Position numbers and translations under genes: made by a program. Source: Acidimicrobiia bacterium (lineage in GTDB: Bacteria; Actinomycetota; Acidimicrobiia; Spongiisociales; ZC4RG35). Taken from it: 64,000 nt of DNA. The notes beneath the pieces were generated by a model that was given only the letters and a program-made list of their open reading frames with translations, was not told the DNA's origin and ran no database searches. The stretch covers positions 1,226-65,225 of the forward strand of contig WFOA01000123.1 in assembly GCA_015488325.1 (NCBI GenBank), in the 5' to 3' direction. Each line of letters starts with the position of its first letter. The first letter of the stretch is position 1. Positions 39,918 through 47,393 of the stretch are shown piece after piece.

Positions 39918-40825
39918 CGGTCCGCATCGGTGTCGACCTCGGAGGCACCAAGATCGAAGCCGTCGCCCTCGGCGACCGCGACGAGGAGCTGGTCCGCACC
40001 CGAGTCCCCACACCGGCGTCGGACTACCGGGCCATCGTCGCCGCCATCGTCGACCTCGTCGCCCGGGTGGAAGAGGCGACAGGCCCGGCAGCACCCACGG
40101 TGGGGGTCGGAACCCCCGGTGCGATCTCGCCGTTCACAGGGACGTTGAAGAACTCGAACACGACGGTCCTCAACGGCCAGCCCCTCGACCGGGATCTCGC
40201 CGCCGCCTTGGGTCGCCCGGTGCTGATCCGCAACGATGCCGACTGCTTCGCCCTGTCGGAGGCACGGAGCGGAGCCGCCGCCGGAGCCGACCCGGTCTTC
40301 GGGGTGATCCTCGGCACCGGGGTGGGTGGCGGGGTCGTCGTCGGCGGCCGGGTCGTCACCGGCCCGAACCGGATCGGTGGGGAATGGGGCCACAACCCGC
40401 TCCCCTGGCCTCGGCCCGACGAACTCCCCGGACCGCCCTGCTACTGCGGAAAGTCGGGATGTGTCGAGACGTTCCTGTCGGGGCCCGGGTTCGCTCGGGA
40501 CCACGAAGCGGCGACGGGTGAACGCCTCGCCCCACCCGAGATCGCCTCCCGGGCGGCGGCCGGAGACGCCGGGGCGGTGGAGTCCCTCCGCCGCTACACG
40601 GACCGTCTCGCCCGCAGCCTCGCCGTCGTCATCGACATCCTCGACCCGGAGGTGGTGGTCCTCGGGGGCGGCATGTCGAACGTCGCGGCCCTGTACGAGC
40701 AGGTACCGAAGGTGTGGGACCGCTACGTGTTCGGGGGCGAGGTCGCCACCCGGCTGGTCCGCAACCTCCACGGCGACTCGTCGGGGGTCCTCGGCGCCGC
40801 CTTCATGGTGGAAGACCCACCGTGA
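39914..40825 (+). CDS. ROK-family sugar kinase (N-acetylglucosamine/fructo-kinase-like)
   Basis: GTG at 39914 overlaps the LCP stop as GTGA. Reads VTVRIGVDLGGTKIEAV ... GGEWGHNPLPW ... CYCGKSGCVETFLSG, the ROK zinc motif. Confidence 0.75.
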   Translation: MTVRIGVDLGGTKIEAVALGDRDEELVRTRVPTPASDYRAIVAAIVDLVARVEEATGPAAPTVGVGTPGAISPFTGTLKNSNTTVLNGQPLDRDLAAALGRPVLIRNDADCFALSEARSGAAAGADPVFGVILGTGVGGGVVVGGRVVTGPNRIGGEWGHNPLPWPRPDELPGPPCYCGKSGCVETFLSGPGFARDHEAATGERLAPPEIASRAAAGDAGAVESLRRYTDRLARSLAVVIDILDPEVVVLGGGMSNVAALYEQVPKVWDRYVFGGEVATRLVRNLHGDSSGVLGAAFMVEDPP

Positions 40826-41247
40826 AGACGATGGACGACACCGAAGCGAAGGCCTTCCTCGCTTCGGGGACCCGCACCGGGAAGCTGGCCGTCGTCCGAG
40901 CAGACGGGCGTCCTCACGTCAGCCCGGTGTGGTTCGTCCTCGACGGCGACGACCTGGTGTTCACGACGTGGGGCGACTCGGTGAAAGGAAAGGCCCTGCG
41001 TCGGGACCCTCGCGTCGCCTTGACCGTCGACGACGAATCCCCGCCGTACGCGTTCGTCATGGTCGAAGGGACCGTCTCCATCTCCGAAGACCCCGACGCC
41101 CTCCTCCATTGGGCGACGGTGATCGCGGCACGGTACATGGGGACCGGCCGGGCGGAGACGTACGGACGCCGCAACGGTGTCCCCGGCGAGCTCCTGGTGC
41201 GCCTCACCCCCGACCGGATCGTGGGCCGCACCGGGGTGGCCGAATGA
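40822..41247 (+). CDS. pyridoxamine 5'-phosphate oxidase-like (PPOX-class, probably F420-dependent) protein
   Basis: GTG at 40822 overlaps the ROK stop; the alternative ATG is at 40831. Reads MDDTEAKAFLASGTRTGKLAVVRADGRPHVSPVWFVLDGDDLVFTT. About 140 aa. Confidence 0.65.
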   Translation: MKTMDDTEAKAFLASGTRTGKLAVVRADGRPHVSPVWFVLDGDDLVFTTWGDSVKGKALRRDPRVALTVDDESPPYAFVMVEGTVSISEDPDALLHWATVIAARYMGTGRAETYGRRNGVPGELLVRLTPDRIVGRTGVAE

Positions 41248-41272
41248 CCCGGCCTGCGGTCCGGACCGGCGC

Positions 41273-41295
41273 CGTCGGGCCGTCGCCGCCCGACG
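41273..41295. terminator. GC hairpin between convergent genes (bidirectional terminator candidate)
   Basis: CGTCGGGC-cgtcgcc-GCCCGACG (8-bp perfect stem) in the 48-nt gap between the PPOX-like gene (+) and the MgtC-like gene (-). Confidence 0.35.
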
Positions 41296-41964
41296 TCAGG
41301 GAACCCCCGGCGGCGGCACCACCCGCACCACCTCTTCCCGTGCCCGCAACTCGTCGACGATCTGCGCCACGTCCTCCGGCCCCGCCCCGGCGATCTCCAC
41401 CACCAGTTTCCGCAGCCCGTCGGATTCCGTCATCGACATCGACTCGACCCGGGCACCGACGGCGTTGAGCGACTCGAACAGCGGCGTCAGGGTCCCGTGA
41501 CCGGCGCGGTAGTCGATCTCCAGCGGCAGGAGGGCGCTGCGACGCATGTACTTCCGGATCGGGGCGAAACCCACCATCACCGTCAACGCCAGGACCAGGG
41601 CGAGGGGGGCGAGGACGTAGAGGCCGAACCCGGCAGCCAGCCCCAGGGCGGCGGCGAGCCACAGCGTCGCCGCCGTCGTGATGCCGGTCACCGTGAATCC
41701 GGTCCGCAGCATCCCCCCGGCTCCGATGAACCCGATGCCGGTCACCACCTGGGCGGCGATCCGGGTGCGGTCGACCCCGACCTCGTCGAAGGCGTACGCA
41801 CCGGCGATCGTGAACAACGCGGCACCGATCGACACCATCGTGTGGGTGCGAAGCCCGGCGGTCTTCATGTGGATCTCCCGCTCGGCGCCCAGCACCGCCC
41901 CGAGGAGGGCGGCGAGCGCCACCCGAGCGGCCAACTCCAACTGGAAGGTGTCCATGCCGTCCAC
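41296..41964 (-). CDS. MgtC/SapB-family membrane protein
   Basis: 222 aa with the LGAEREIHMKTAGLRTHTMVSIGAALF N-terminal MgtC signature and a C-terminal ACT-like tail. Confidence 0.75.
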   Translation of the reverse strand: MDGMDTFQLELAARVALAALLGAVLGAEREIHMKTAGLRTHTMVSIGAALFTIAGAYAFDEVGVDRTRIAAQVVTGIGFIGAGGMLRTGFTVTGITTAATLWLAAALGLAAGFGLYVLAPLALVLALTVMVGFAPIRKYMRRSALLPLEIDYRAGHGTLTPLFESLNAVGARVESMSMTESDGLRKLVVEIAGAGPEDVAQIVDELRAREEVVRVVPPPGVP

Positions 41965-42044
41965 ACTAGGAGCATCCGGCCGACACGGATGGACGGCCGC
42001 CTGGGGTTGGCAGACTGGGGGTGTGTCTACCGCGGAGGATCGCC

Positions 42045-43421
42045 GTGCCCTACCGGACCATCATCGAACCGTTCCGGATCCACACCGTCGAACCGATCGA
42101 CTTCCCTGACGAGGACCGGCGTCGGGCGGCGCTCGAACGGGTCGGCTACAACGTGTTCGGCCTGCACGCCGACGAGGTGATCATCGACCTGCTCACCGAC
42201 TCGGGCACCGGGGCGATGTCGACCCGCCAGTGGGCGGGGATCATGCAGGGTGACGAGTCCTACGCCGGGAGCCGCTCCTTCTACCGCTTCCGGGACACCG
42301 TGGCCGAGATCACCGGCCTCACCGAGGTGATCCCCACCCATCAGGGGCGGGCTGCAGAACGGATCCTCTTCGCGGTGACGACGAACGCCGGCGACGTCGT
42401 CCCCAACAACACCCACTTCGACACCACCCGCGCCAACGTCGAGTACCAGGGGGCCGAAGCTCGGGACCTGGTGATCCCCGCCGGCCTCGACCCCGCCGCC
42501 GAGCATCCCTTCAAAGGCAACATGGACGTCGACGCCCTCGAAGCCACCATCGAGGAGGTCGGGCGCGACCGGGTGCCGCTGGTGATGGTGACGGTCACGA
42601 ACAACTCCGGGGGAGGCCAGCCCGTGTCGATGGCCAACCTCCGGGCCGTCCGGGAGGTCTGCGACCGTCACGGGATCCCCCTGTTCCTCGACGCCTGCCG
42701 GTTCGCCGAGAACGCCTGGTTCATCAAGCTCAGGGAGCCGGGCTACGCCGACAAGACCCCCATCGAGATCGCCCGGGAGATGTTCTCCCTGGTGGACGGA
42801 TGCACCATGTCGGCGAAGAAGGACGGGATGTCCAACATCGGCGGGTTCTTGGCGATGAACGATCCCACCCTGGCCCAGGAATGCCGGAACCTCCTCATCC
42901 TCACCGAAGGCTTCCCCACCTACGGGGGGCTGGCGGGCTACGACCTCGAAGCGGTGGCTCAGGGCTTGTGGGAGGCCCTGGAAGAGGAGTACCTGCGCTA
43001 CCGGATCCGCTCGACCGAGTACCTGGCGGAGAAGGTCGCCGCCGCCGGTGTCCCCATCGTCAAACCGCCGGGGGGCCACGCCGTGTACCTCGACGCCAAG
43101 GCGCTGCTCCCGCACATCCCCCCCTCCCAGTATCCGGCCCAGGCGCTCGCCTGCGCCCTCTACCTGGAAGGGGGGGTGCGCGGGGTGGAGATCGGCAGCG
43201 TCATGTTCGGCAAACCGCAGCCCGACGGTACCGAGATCCCGGCGCCGATGGAGCTGGTACGTCTCGCCGTGCCACGGCGGACCTACACCCAGAGCCACAT
43301 CGACTACGTGGGGGAGGTGATGATCGCCGTCGCCGAGAAGGCGGGAGACCTCCGGGGTCTACGGATGGTGAGTCAGCCCCCATGGCTTCGCCACTTCACC
43401 GCGACCTTCGAGCCTCTCTGA
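42045..43421 (+). CDS. tnaA: tryptophanase / tyrosine phenol-lyase (beta-eliminating lyase)
   Basis: GTG at 42045 lies 5 nt after GGAGGA. Reads VPYRTIIEPFRIHTVEPI ... SGTGAMSTRQW ... CTMSAKKDGMSNIGGFL (the PLP lysine). Confidence 0.8.
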   Translation: MPYRTIIEPFRIHTVEPIDFPDEDRRRAALERVGYNVFGLHADEVIIDLLTDSGTGAMSTRQWAGIMQGDESYAGSRSFYRFRDTVAEITGLTEVIPTHQGRAAERILFAVTTNAGDVVPNNTHFDTTRANVEYQGAEARDLVIPAGLDPAAEHPFKGNMDVDALEATIEEVGRDRVPLVMVTVTNNSGGGQPVSMANLRAVREVCDRHGIPLFLDACRFAENAWFIKLREPGYADKTPIEIAREMFSLVDGCTMSAKKDGMSNIGGFLAMNDPTLAQECRNLLILTEGFPTYGGLAGYDLEAVAQGLWEALEEEYLRYRIRSTEYLAEKVAAAGVPIVKPPGGHAVYLDAKALLPHIPPSQYPAQALACALYLEGGVRGVEIGSVMFGKPQPDGTEIPAPMELVRLAVPRRTYTQSHIDYVGEVMIAVAEKAGDLRGLRMVSQPPWLRHFTATFEPL

Positions 43422-43426
43422 TGGGG

Positions 43427-44077
43427 TCAGGCGTTCGGCGTCTGGGACTCACCCACGTTTGCGAACGTCACTTCGACGACCCACGAGTTCCCCGGGTCGG
43501 CGAGCTGGTATCCGGTGATCACGTCTTCGTAGAAGATCGTGATCTGGGCGTCGACCGGCTCGGTGTCACCTTGGCCGAAGTCGGGCACCGCCGCCGCCGG
43601 GAGGACGCCCCGCACCATGCCGGGCCCTTCCTCGGTCACCTGGACCATACCCAACAGGCCGAGGGACGGGCCGGTCGGTGCCTCCGCCAGGGGGATCTCG
43701 GTGGCCCCGTCGGGGCCGACGACCGTCGCCACGCCGTCCAACACGAGCGTCTTCACCGTCTGGTCGCCGGCGGTCACGAGGAGTTCGCGGTCGGCGCCGT
43801 CCACCCAGCCGCTCAACTCGACCTTCACTTCACCCGAGGCGGGGAACAGACTGACCGTCGCCTCGAAGGCGTAGGCGGAAGCCGCCTGGGTCGCGGCGAG
43901 GGCCTCACCGAACGGACTCTCCGCCGAGAGGGTCGGGTTCGGGGCCATCGTGGACGACGGGGCGACCGGTTCCGGTGCCGACGTCGCCGGCGAGACGGTG
44001 CCGACCGTGTCGGTGGACGGGCCGCCACAGGCCGCGGCGACGAGGGCCACGAGGAGGAGCGGAGCGAAGCGCCTCAT
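43427..44077 (-). CDS. lipoprotein, function unknown
   Basis: Lipobox LVAAACGG. 216 aa. Last gene of the sigma / anti-sigma cluster. Confidence 0.5.
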   Translation of the reverse strand: MRRFAPLLLVALVAAACGGPSTDTVGTVSPATSAPEPVAPSSTMAPNPTLSAESPFGEALAATQAASAYAFEATVSLFPASGEVKVELSGWVDGADRELLVTAGDQTVKTLVLDGVATVVGPDGATEIPLAEAPTGPSLGLLGMVQVTEEGPGMVRGVLPAAAVPDFGQGDTEPVDAQITIFYEDVITGYQLADPGNSWVVEVTFANVGESQTPNA

Positions 44078-44080
44078 CGG

Positions 44081-44884
44081 TCAAGACCCGTCGTCGCCGT
44101 CGGAGTCGCCGTCGTCCGACCCGTCATCCGAGTCGTCCTTCTTCTTCTCGTCCTTCTTGCCGTTGCTGTCATCGTCGTCCTCGCTGCTGTCGTCGTCGTG
44201 GTCGTTGCTGTCGTCACGGTCGTCGTTCTGGTCGTCGTCGGTGCCGTCGTCGTCACGGTCGTCGTCGTCACGACCGTCCCGGTCGTCGTCGGAATCCTCC
44301 TCCGATGCCGGCATCGACGTCGTCGTGGAAGGCTCCGCCACCTCCGACCCGTCCTCTTCTTCGACGACGGCGGCGGTCGCCGGCGGCGTGTCGTCGTCAT
44401 CGTCGTCGTCGTCCACGTAGGCGGCACCGGCGATCTCGTCGATTCGGGGGATCAGGTCGTCGGCCCTGGTTTCGGCGACCGCCGCCCGCGCCGCTTCGAT
44501 CGCCTCCTCGATGACGTCGCCTTCCACACCCTCAGCGGCCAACCGTTCGAGCTCGGCGACACGATGCTCCGCCTGGATCCGCGGATAGAACGGTTCGGCC
44601 ACCACCTCCACCGCCCGTTTCACCGGGTAGAGCACCTCACCCGGGAGGGCGTCTTGGCTCGCCACCGCGGCCACCGGCATCGCGGTGATCCCGGTGGTCA
44701 GCCAGGCGAGGGCGGCCCGGTGACGGACGAACCAGCTCACACCCCGGGCTGCTCCGACCGGTGGGGCGTTCAGTTCACGCCGGATGGCGGCGAGATGGCG
44801 GTCCCGAAGCGACTCCGGGACGCTCACCTCGGCCCTCACGCCGTCGAACAGCTTGTCCACGTCACCCTTCACGGGCGCCTCCAA
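44081..44884 (-). CDS. putative single-pass anti-sigma factor with an extreme poly-Asp/Glu C-terminal tail
   Basis: The 100-aa N-terminal cytoplasmic part (LRDRHLAAIRRELNA) precedes one TM helix (ALAWLTTGITAMPVAAVA). The roughly 120-aa C-terminus is almost entirely D/E/S (DDDDDDDDTPP ... DDSDDGSDDGDSDGDDGS). It overlaps the stop of the ECF sigma gene, so the start may be an internal GTG. Confidence 0.5.
   Translation of the reverse strand: MEAPVKGDVDKLFDGVRAEVSVPESLRDRHLAAIRRELNAPPVGAARGVSWFVRHRAALAWLTTGITAMPVAAVASQDALPGEVLYPVKRAVEVVAEPFYPRIQAEHRVAELERLAAEGVEGDVIEEAIEAARAAVAETRADDLIPRIDEIAGAAYVDDDDDDDDTPPATAAVVEEEDGSEVAEPSTTTSMPASEEDSDDDRDGRDDDDRDDDGTDDDQNDDRDDSNDHDDDSSEDDDDSNGKKDEKKKDDSDDGSDDGDSDGDDGS
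44090..44420 (-). repeat. (GAC/GAT/GAG)n-rich low-complexity coding tract (poly-acidic tail of the anti-sigma-like protein)
   Basis: The plus strand is dominated by gtcgtc/gtcatc/gtcgcc triplets, which encode about 120 aa of D/E/S. Confidence 0.6.
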
Positions 44885-45503
44885 GATCGATTACGTCCGC
44901 CTCCACAGATACGGACGCCGGCGAGCTCGCGGATTCGACGGCCCCGTCGAGGAGCCGGCGAAGGGTCGCCTCCGCCCGGGAACCGGCGGCATACACGGCG
45001 GCCCGGTTCGAGCCGAGGATCTCGGCGATCTCCGCCCCGTCGAAGCCATGCACGTGGCGAAGGAGGACGATCGCCCGCTGGCGGGGACTGAGAGCAGCCA
45101 AGGCGGATTCCAGCTGGGGGCTCATGCCGTCGTCGAAGGCCTCGGCGAACGGGCGGTCCGGCATCCGCTCGTGGGGCTCTTCAGGGTGTCGACGGCGTCG
45201 CCGAACCTCGTCGAGGACACCGAAACGCACCGCCCGGTACAGCCAGCTCCGGAGACTCCTGCCGTCCCCCTCGAACCGGTGGGAGGCTCGGGCCAGCTCC
45301 AAGAACGCCTGCTGGACGGCGTCTTCGGCCGCCCCCCGGTCCCGCAGCATCCGCCCGGCGAAGGCGAGGAGCGGACCTGCCATGGCGTCGTAGAGATCCG
45401 CGAACGCCTGGTCGTCGCGTTCGCGTATGCCGGAAACGAGGTGGTCGAGGGGGTCAGGCACGGAGATCACACGGCGAAGGGACGGCCACCGGGGCCGTCC
45501 CAT
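44862..45503 (-). CDS. ECF-type RNA polymerase sigma factor (sigma-70 family)
   Basis: Region 2 (DDQAFADLYDAMAGPLLAFAGRMLRDRGAAEDAVQQAFLELAR) and region 4 (LSPRQRAIVLLRHVHGFDGAEIAEILGSNRAAVYAAGSRAEATLRRLL). Confidence 0.75.
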   Translation of the reverse strand: MGRPRWPSLRRVISVPDPLDHLVSGIRERDDQAFADLYDAMAGPLLAFAGRMLRDRGAAEDAVQQAFLELARASHRFEGDGRSLRSWLYRAVRFGVLDEVRRRRRHPEEPHERMPDRPFAEAFDDGMSPQLESALAALSPRQRAIVLLRHVHGFDGAEIAEILGSNRAAVYAAGSRAEATLRRLLDGAVESASSPASVSVEADVIDLGGAREG

Positions 45504-45527
45504 CGCCGGGGTCGAGGGGAACTTGGA

Positions 45528-46262
45528 TCAGTCGTCGCTGTCGCGAGACCCTTCGTCGTCGTCATCGTCGCCGCCACGCTTCGACTTCGACGAGGCCTTG
45601 TCGTCGTCATCGTCGTCGTCACGGTCCTCGTCGTCACGGTCCTCATCGTCGTGGTCGGCGGCGTCGTCGTCGTCGGCTTCGTCATCGACCTCGTCATCGG
45701 CTTCTTCGGCCTCGACCTTGAAGGTCAAGGTGCCGTCTTCGAGTTCAAGCTTGACCTCGACGGCCCCGTCCTCGGAGACCAGCTTGACCTTGGTCTCGTC
45801 GCCGTCCGAATCCACCTCGAAGGTCCACCCGTCGGGCACGGAGATCACGTCGAACGTGCCGTCGTCGTTCACGTTGATCGTCACGACGCCCACGTCGGGG
45901 ATGCTCACCGAATGCTCACCGGGGGCGAGGCCGTCGACCTTGACCTTCAGCTCGCCTTCTTCGACCTCGATCTTCAGGGCGGCCAGCACACCGTTCGGGT
46001 CGGAGAGCCTGAACTCGGCCTCGTCGTCGTCGTTGTCGTGGTCGGGGGTGACCGTGTATCCGTCGGGGACGGTCACCAGCTCCACACCACCCGTGTCGGC
46101 GACGGCGACGCTGATCGTGCCGACACCGGGGATCGTGATGTCGTACTGGCCGGGGGCGAGGGCTTCGTCGGCCAGCGCGAAGGCGCCGAAGGCGAGGGCG
46201 GCGAGTGCGCCCGCCACACCGGCGACCAGGATTCTCATCTTCACGGACATCGTCATGGGCAA
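45528..46262 (-). CDS. secreted protein with two tandem ~70-aa domains and a poly-acidic C-terminal tail
   Basis: Signal peptide MRILVAGVAGALAALAFGAFALA. Two repeats (PGQYDITIPGVGTISVAVADTGGVELVTVPDGYTVTPDHD and PGEHSVSIPDVGVVTINVNDDGTFDVISVPDGWTFEVDSD). The C-terminus reads DDEVDDEADDDDAADHDDEDRDDEDRDDDDDDD. Confidence 0.55.
   Translation of the reverse strand: MPMTMSVKMRILVAGVAGALAALAFGAFALADEALAPGQYDITIPGVGTISVAVADTGGVELVTVPDGYTVTPDHDNDDDEAEFRLSDPNGVLAALKIEVEEGELKVKVDGLAPGEHSVSIPDVGVVTINVNDDGTFDVISVPDGWTFEVDSDGDETKVKLVSEDGAVEVKLELEDGTLTFKVEAEEADDEVDDEADDDDAADHDDEDRDDEDRDDDDDDDKASSKSKRGGDDDDDEGSRDSDD
45531..45720 (-). repeat. second poly-acidic low-complexity coding tract (tail of the secreted tandem-domain protein)
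   Basis: gtcgtcgtc-rich plus strand encoding DDEVDDEADDDDAADHDDEDRDDEDRDDDDDDD. It resembles the tract 1.3 kb downstream. Confidence 0.6.
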
Positions 46263-46372
46263 CCTCTCGGGTCGGGTTCTCCCTCACAGACGCCGCACAC
46301 CCACCAGATTCGACGGCCTCCCCCAATCTTTCTCCGGTGGCCGGCCACGGGGCCTACGCTGCGGTATGGGAG

Positions 46373-46903
46373 GTGATCACCGTGGAACCGTCATCCGAGG
46401 TCTACCGGGCGATCCGTTCGCTCCGGGTCGTGAGGAACTACCTGCCCGAACCCCTGCGTGACGAAGACCGGCTCGCCATCCTGGAGGCGGCCCGCTGGAC
46501 CGGAAGCTCGAAGAACCGCCAAGACTGGGTGTTCGTCGTGGTCCGAGACCGGGAACGTCTCGACCGTCTCGCCGAATGCGGTGACTTCACCACTCCGCTG
46601 CGGCGGGCACCCGAGGCGATCGTCCCGGTCGGACTCCCCGGATCGTACGAATGGGACCTGGGCCGCGCGTCCCAGAACATCATGTTGGCGGCGGCGGCGC
46701 TGGGGGTCGGCTCCTGCCCGGTGACCATGCATCGGGAATCCTGCGCCCGCCAGGTGTTGGGGGTCCCGGACGACCACCGGAGCCGATACGCCATCGCCCT
46801 CGGCTACCCCGACCACGCGGCCGAACGCCGCGCCCGGGAACGGTCCCCCCTCCACGGCCGCAAACCCCTCGACGAGGTCGTCCGCTGGGAGACGTTCTCC
46901 TGA
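46373..46903 (+). CDS. nitroreductase-family protein
   Basis: GTG at 46373 follows GGGAGG. Reads VITVEPSSEVYRAIRSLRVVRNYLPEPL ... SQNIMLAAAALGVGSCPV. 176 aa. Confidence 0.7.
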   Translation: MITVEPSSEVYRAIRSLRVVRNYLPEPLRDEDRLAILEAARWTGSSKNRQDWVFVVVRDRERLDRLAECGDFTTPLRRAPEAIVPVGLPGSYEWDLGRASQNIMLAAAALGVGSCPVTMHRESCARQVLGVPDDHRSRYAIALGYPDHAAERRARERSPLHGRKPLDEVVRWETFS

Positions 46904-46904
46904 C

Positions 46905-47369
46905 TCACCCTCCCCTGACGGGAACGGCAGTCACGACCACCCCTCCGCCACGGACGGCTCCGTGGACCCGCAAGGTGGGGGCATCCTCGGGGAGTTCCTC
47001 GGGATCGGCCACGTCGATCTGGGTTTGCCCCCAACGGAGATCGACATCGGTCTCGACCTTCCATGCCGGGTCGACTACGAGCCGGATCCCGCCGGCGACC
47101 ACCGTCAGTTCCACGGTGGCCCCTTCGGGAGACAGGGTCGCCGGTCGAAGGTCGACGTCGGCTCCTCCGGCGACGACCCGAACCCGACCTCCTCGCAGGC
47201 CGACGGCCCGGCTGGTGAAGACCCGGCCCCCCATCACCGCCAACAGGTCGAAGTCGTCGGCCTCGGGGGTCACTCGTTCACCCAGCAACCGAACCACCGT
47301 CCCCGACAACGCCCGGACGGCACCTCCGAGGACGATCAGCCACACGAAACGACGGAACCAGCGACCCAC
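46905..47369 (-). CDS. small membrane-anchored hypothetical protein (possibly toastrack/DUF4097-like)
   Basis: N-terminal TM helix (FVWLIVLGGAV), then repetitive GGRV...GG...VDL beta-strand-like segments. Directly downstream of the GAF histidine kinase. Confidence 0.4.
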   Translation of the reverse strand: MGRWFRRFVWLIVLGGAVRALSGTVVRLLGERVTPEADDFDLLAVMGGRVFTSRAVGLRGGRVRVVAGGADVDLRPATLSPEGATVELTVVAGGIRLVVDPAWKVETDVDLRWGQTQIDVADPEELPEDAPTLRVHGAVRGGGVVVTAVPVRGG

Positions 47370-47393
47370 GGAGCCGACTCTACCGACGGGCGG

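Noticed and set aside
42800-45091. 763-aa plus-strand ORF
   Set aside because: Antisense to the lipoprotein, anti-sigma and sigma genes. Arg/Gly/Val-rich artefact.
44090-45720. CRISPR array or other spaced repeat
   Set aside because: The repetitive DNA consists of in-frame trinucleotide runs encoding poly-Asp. There is no repeat-spacer periodicity, and no cas genes are present.
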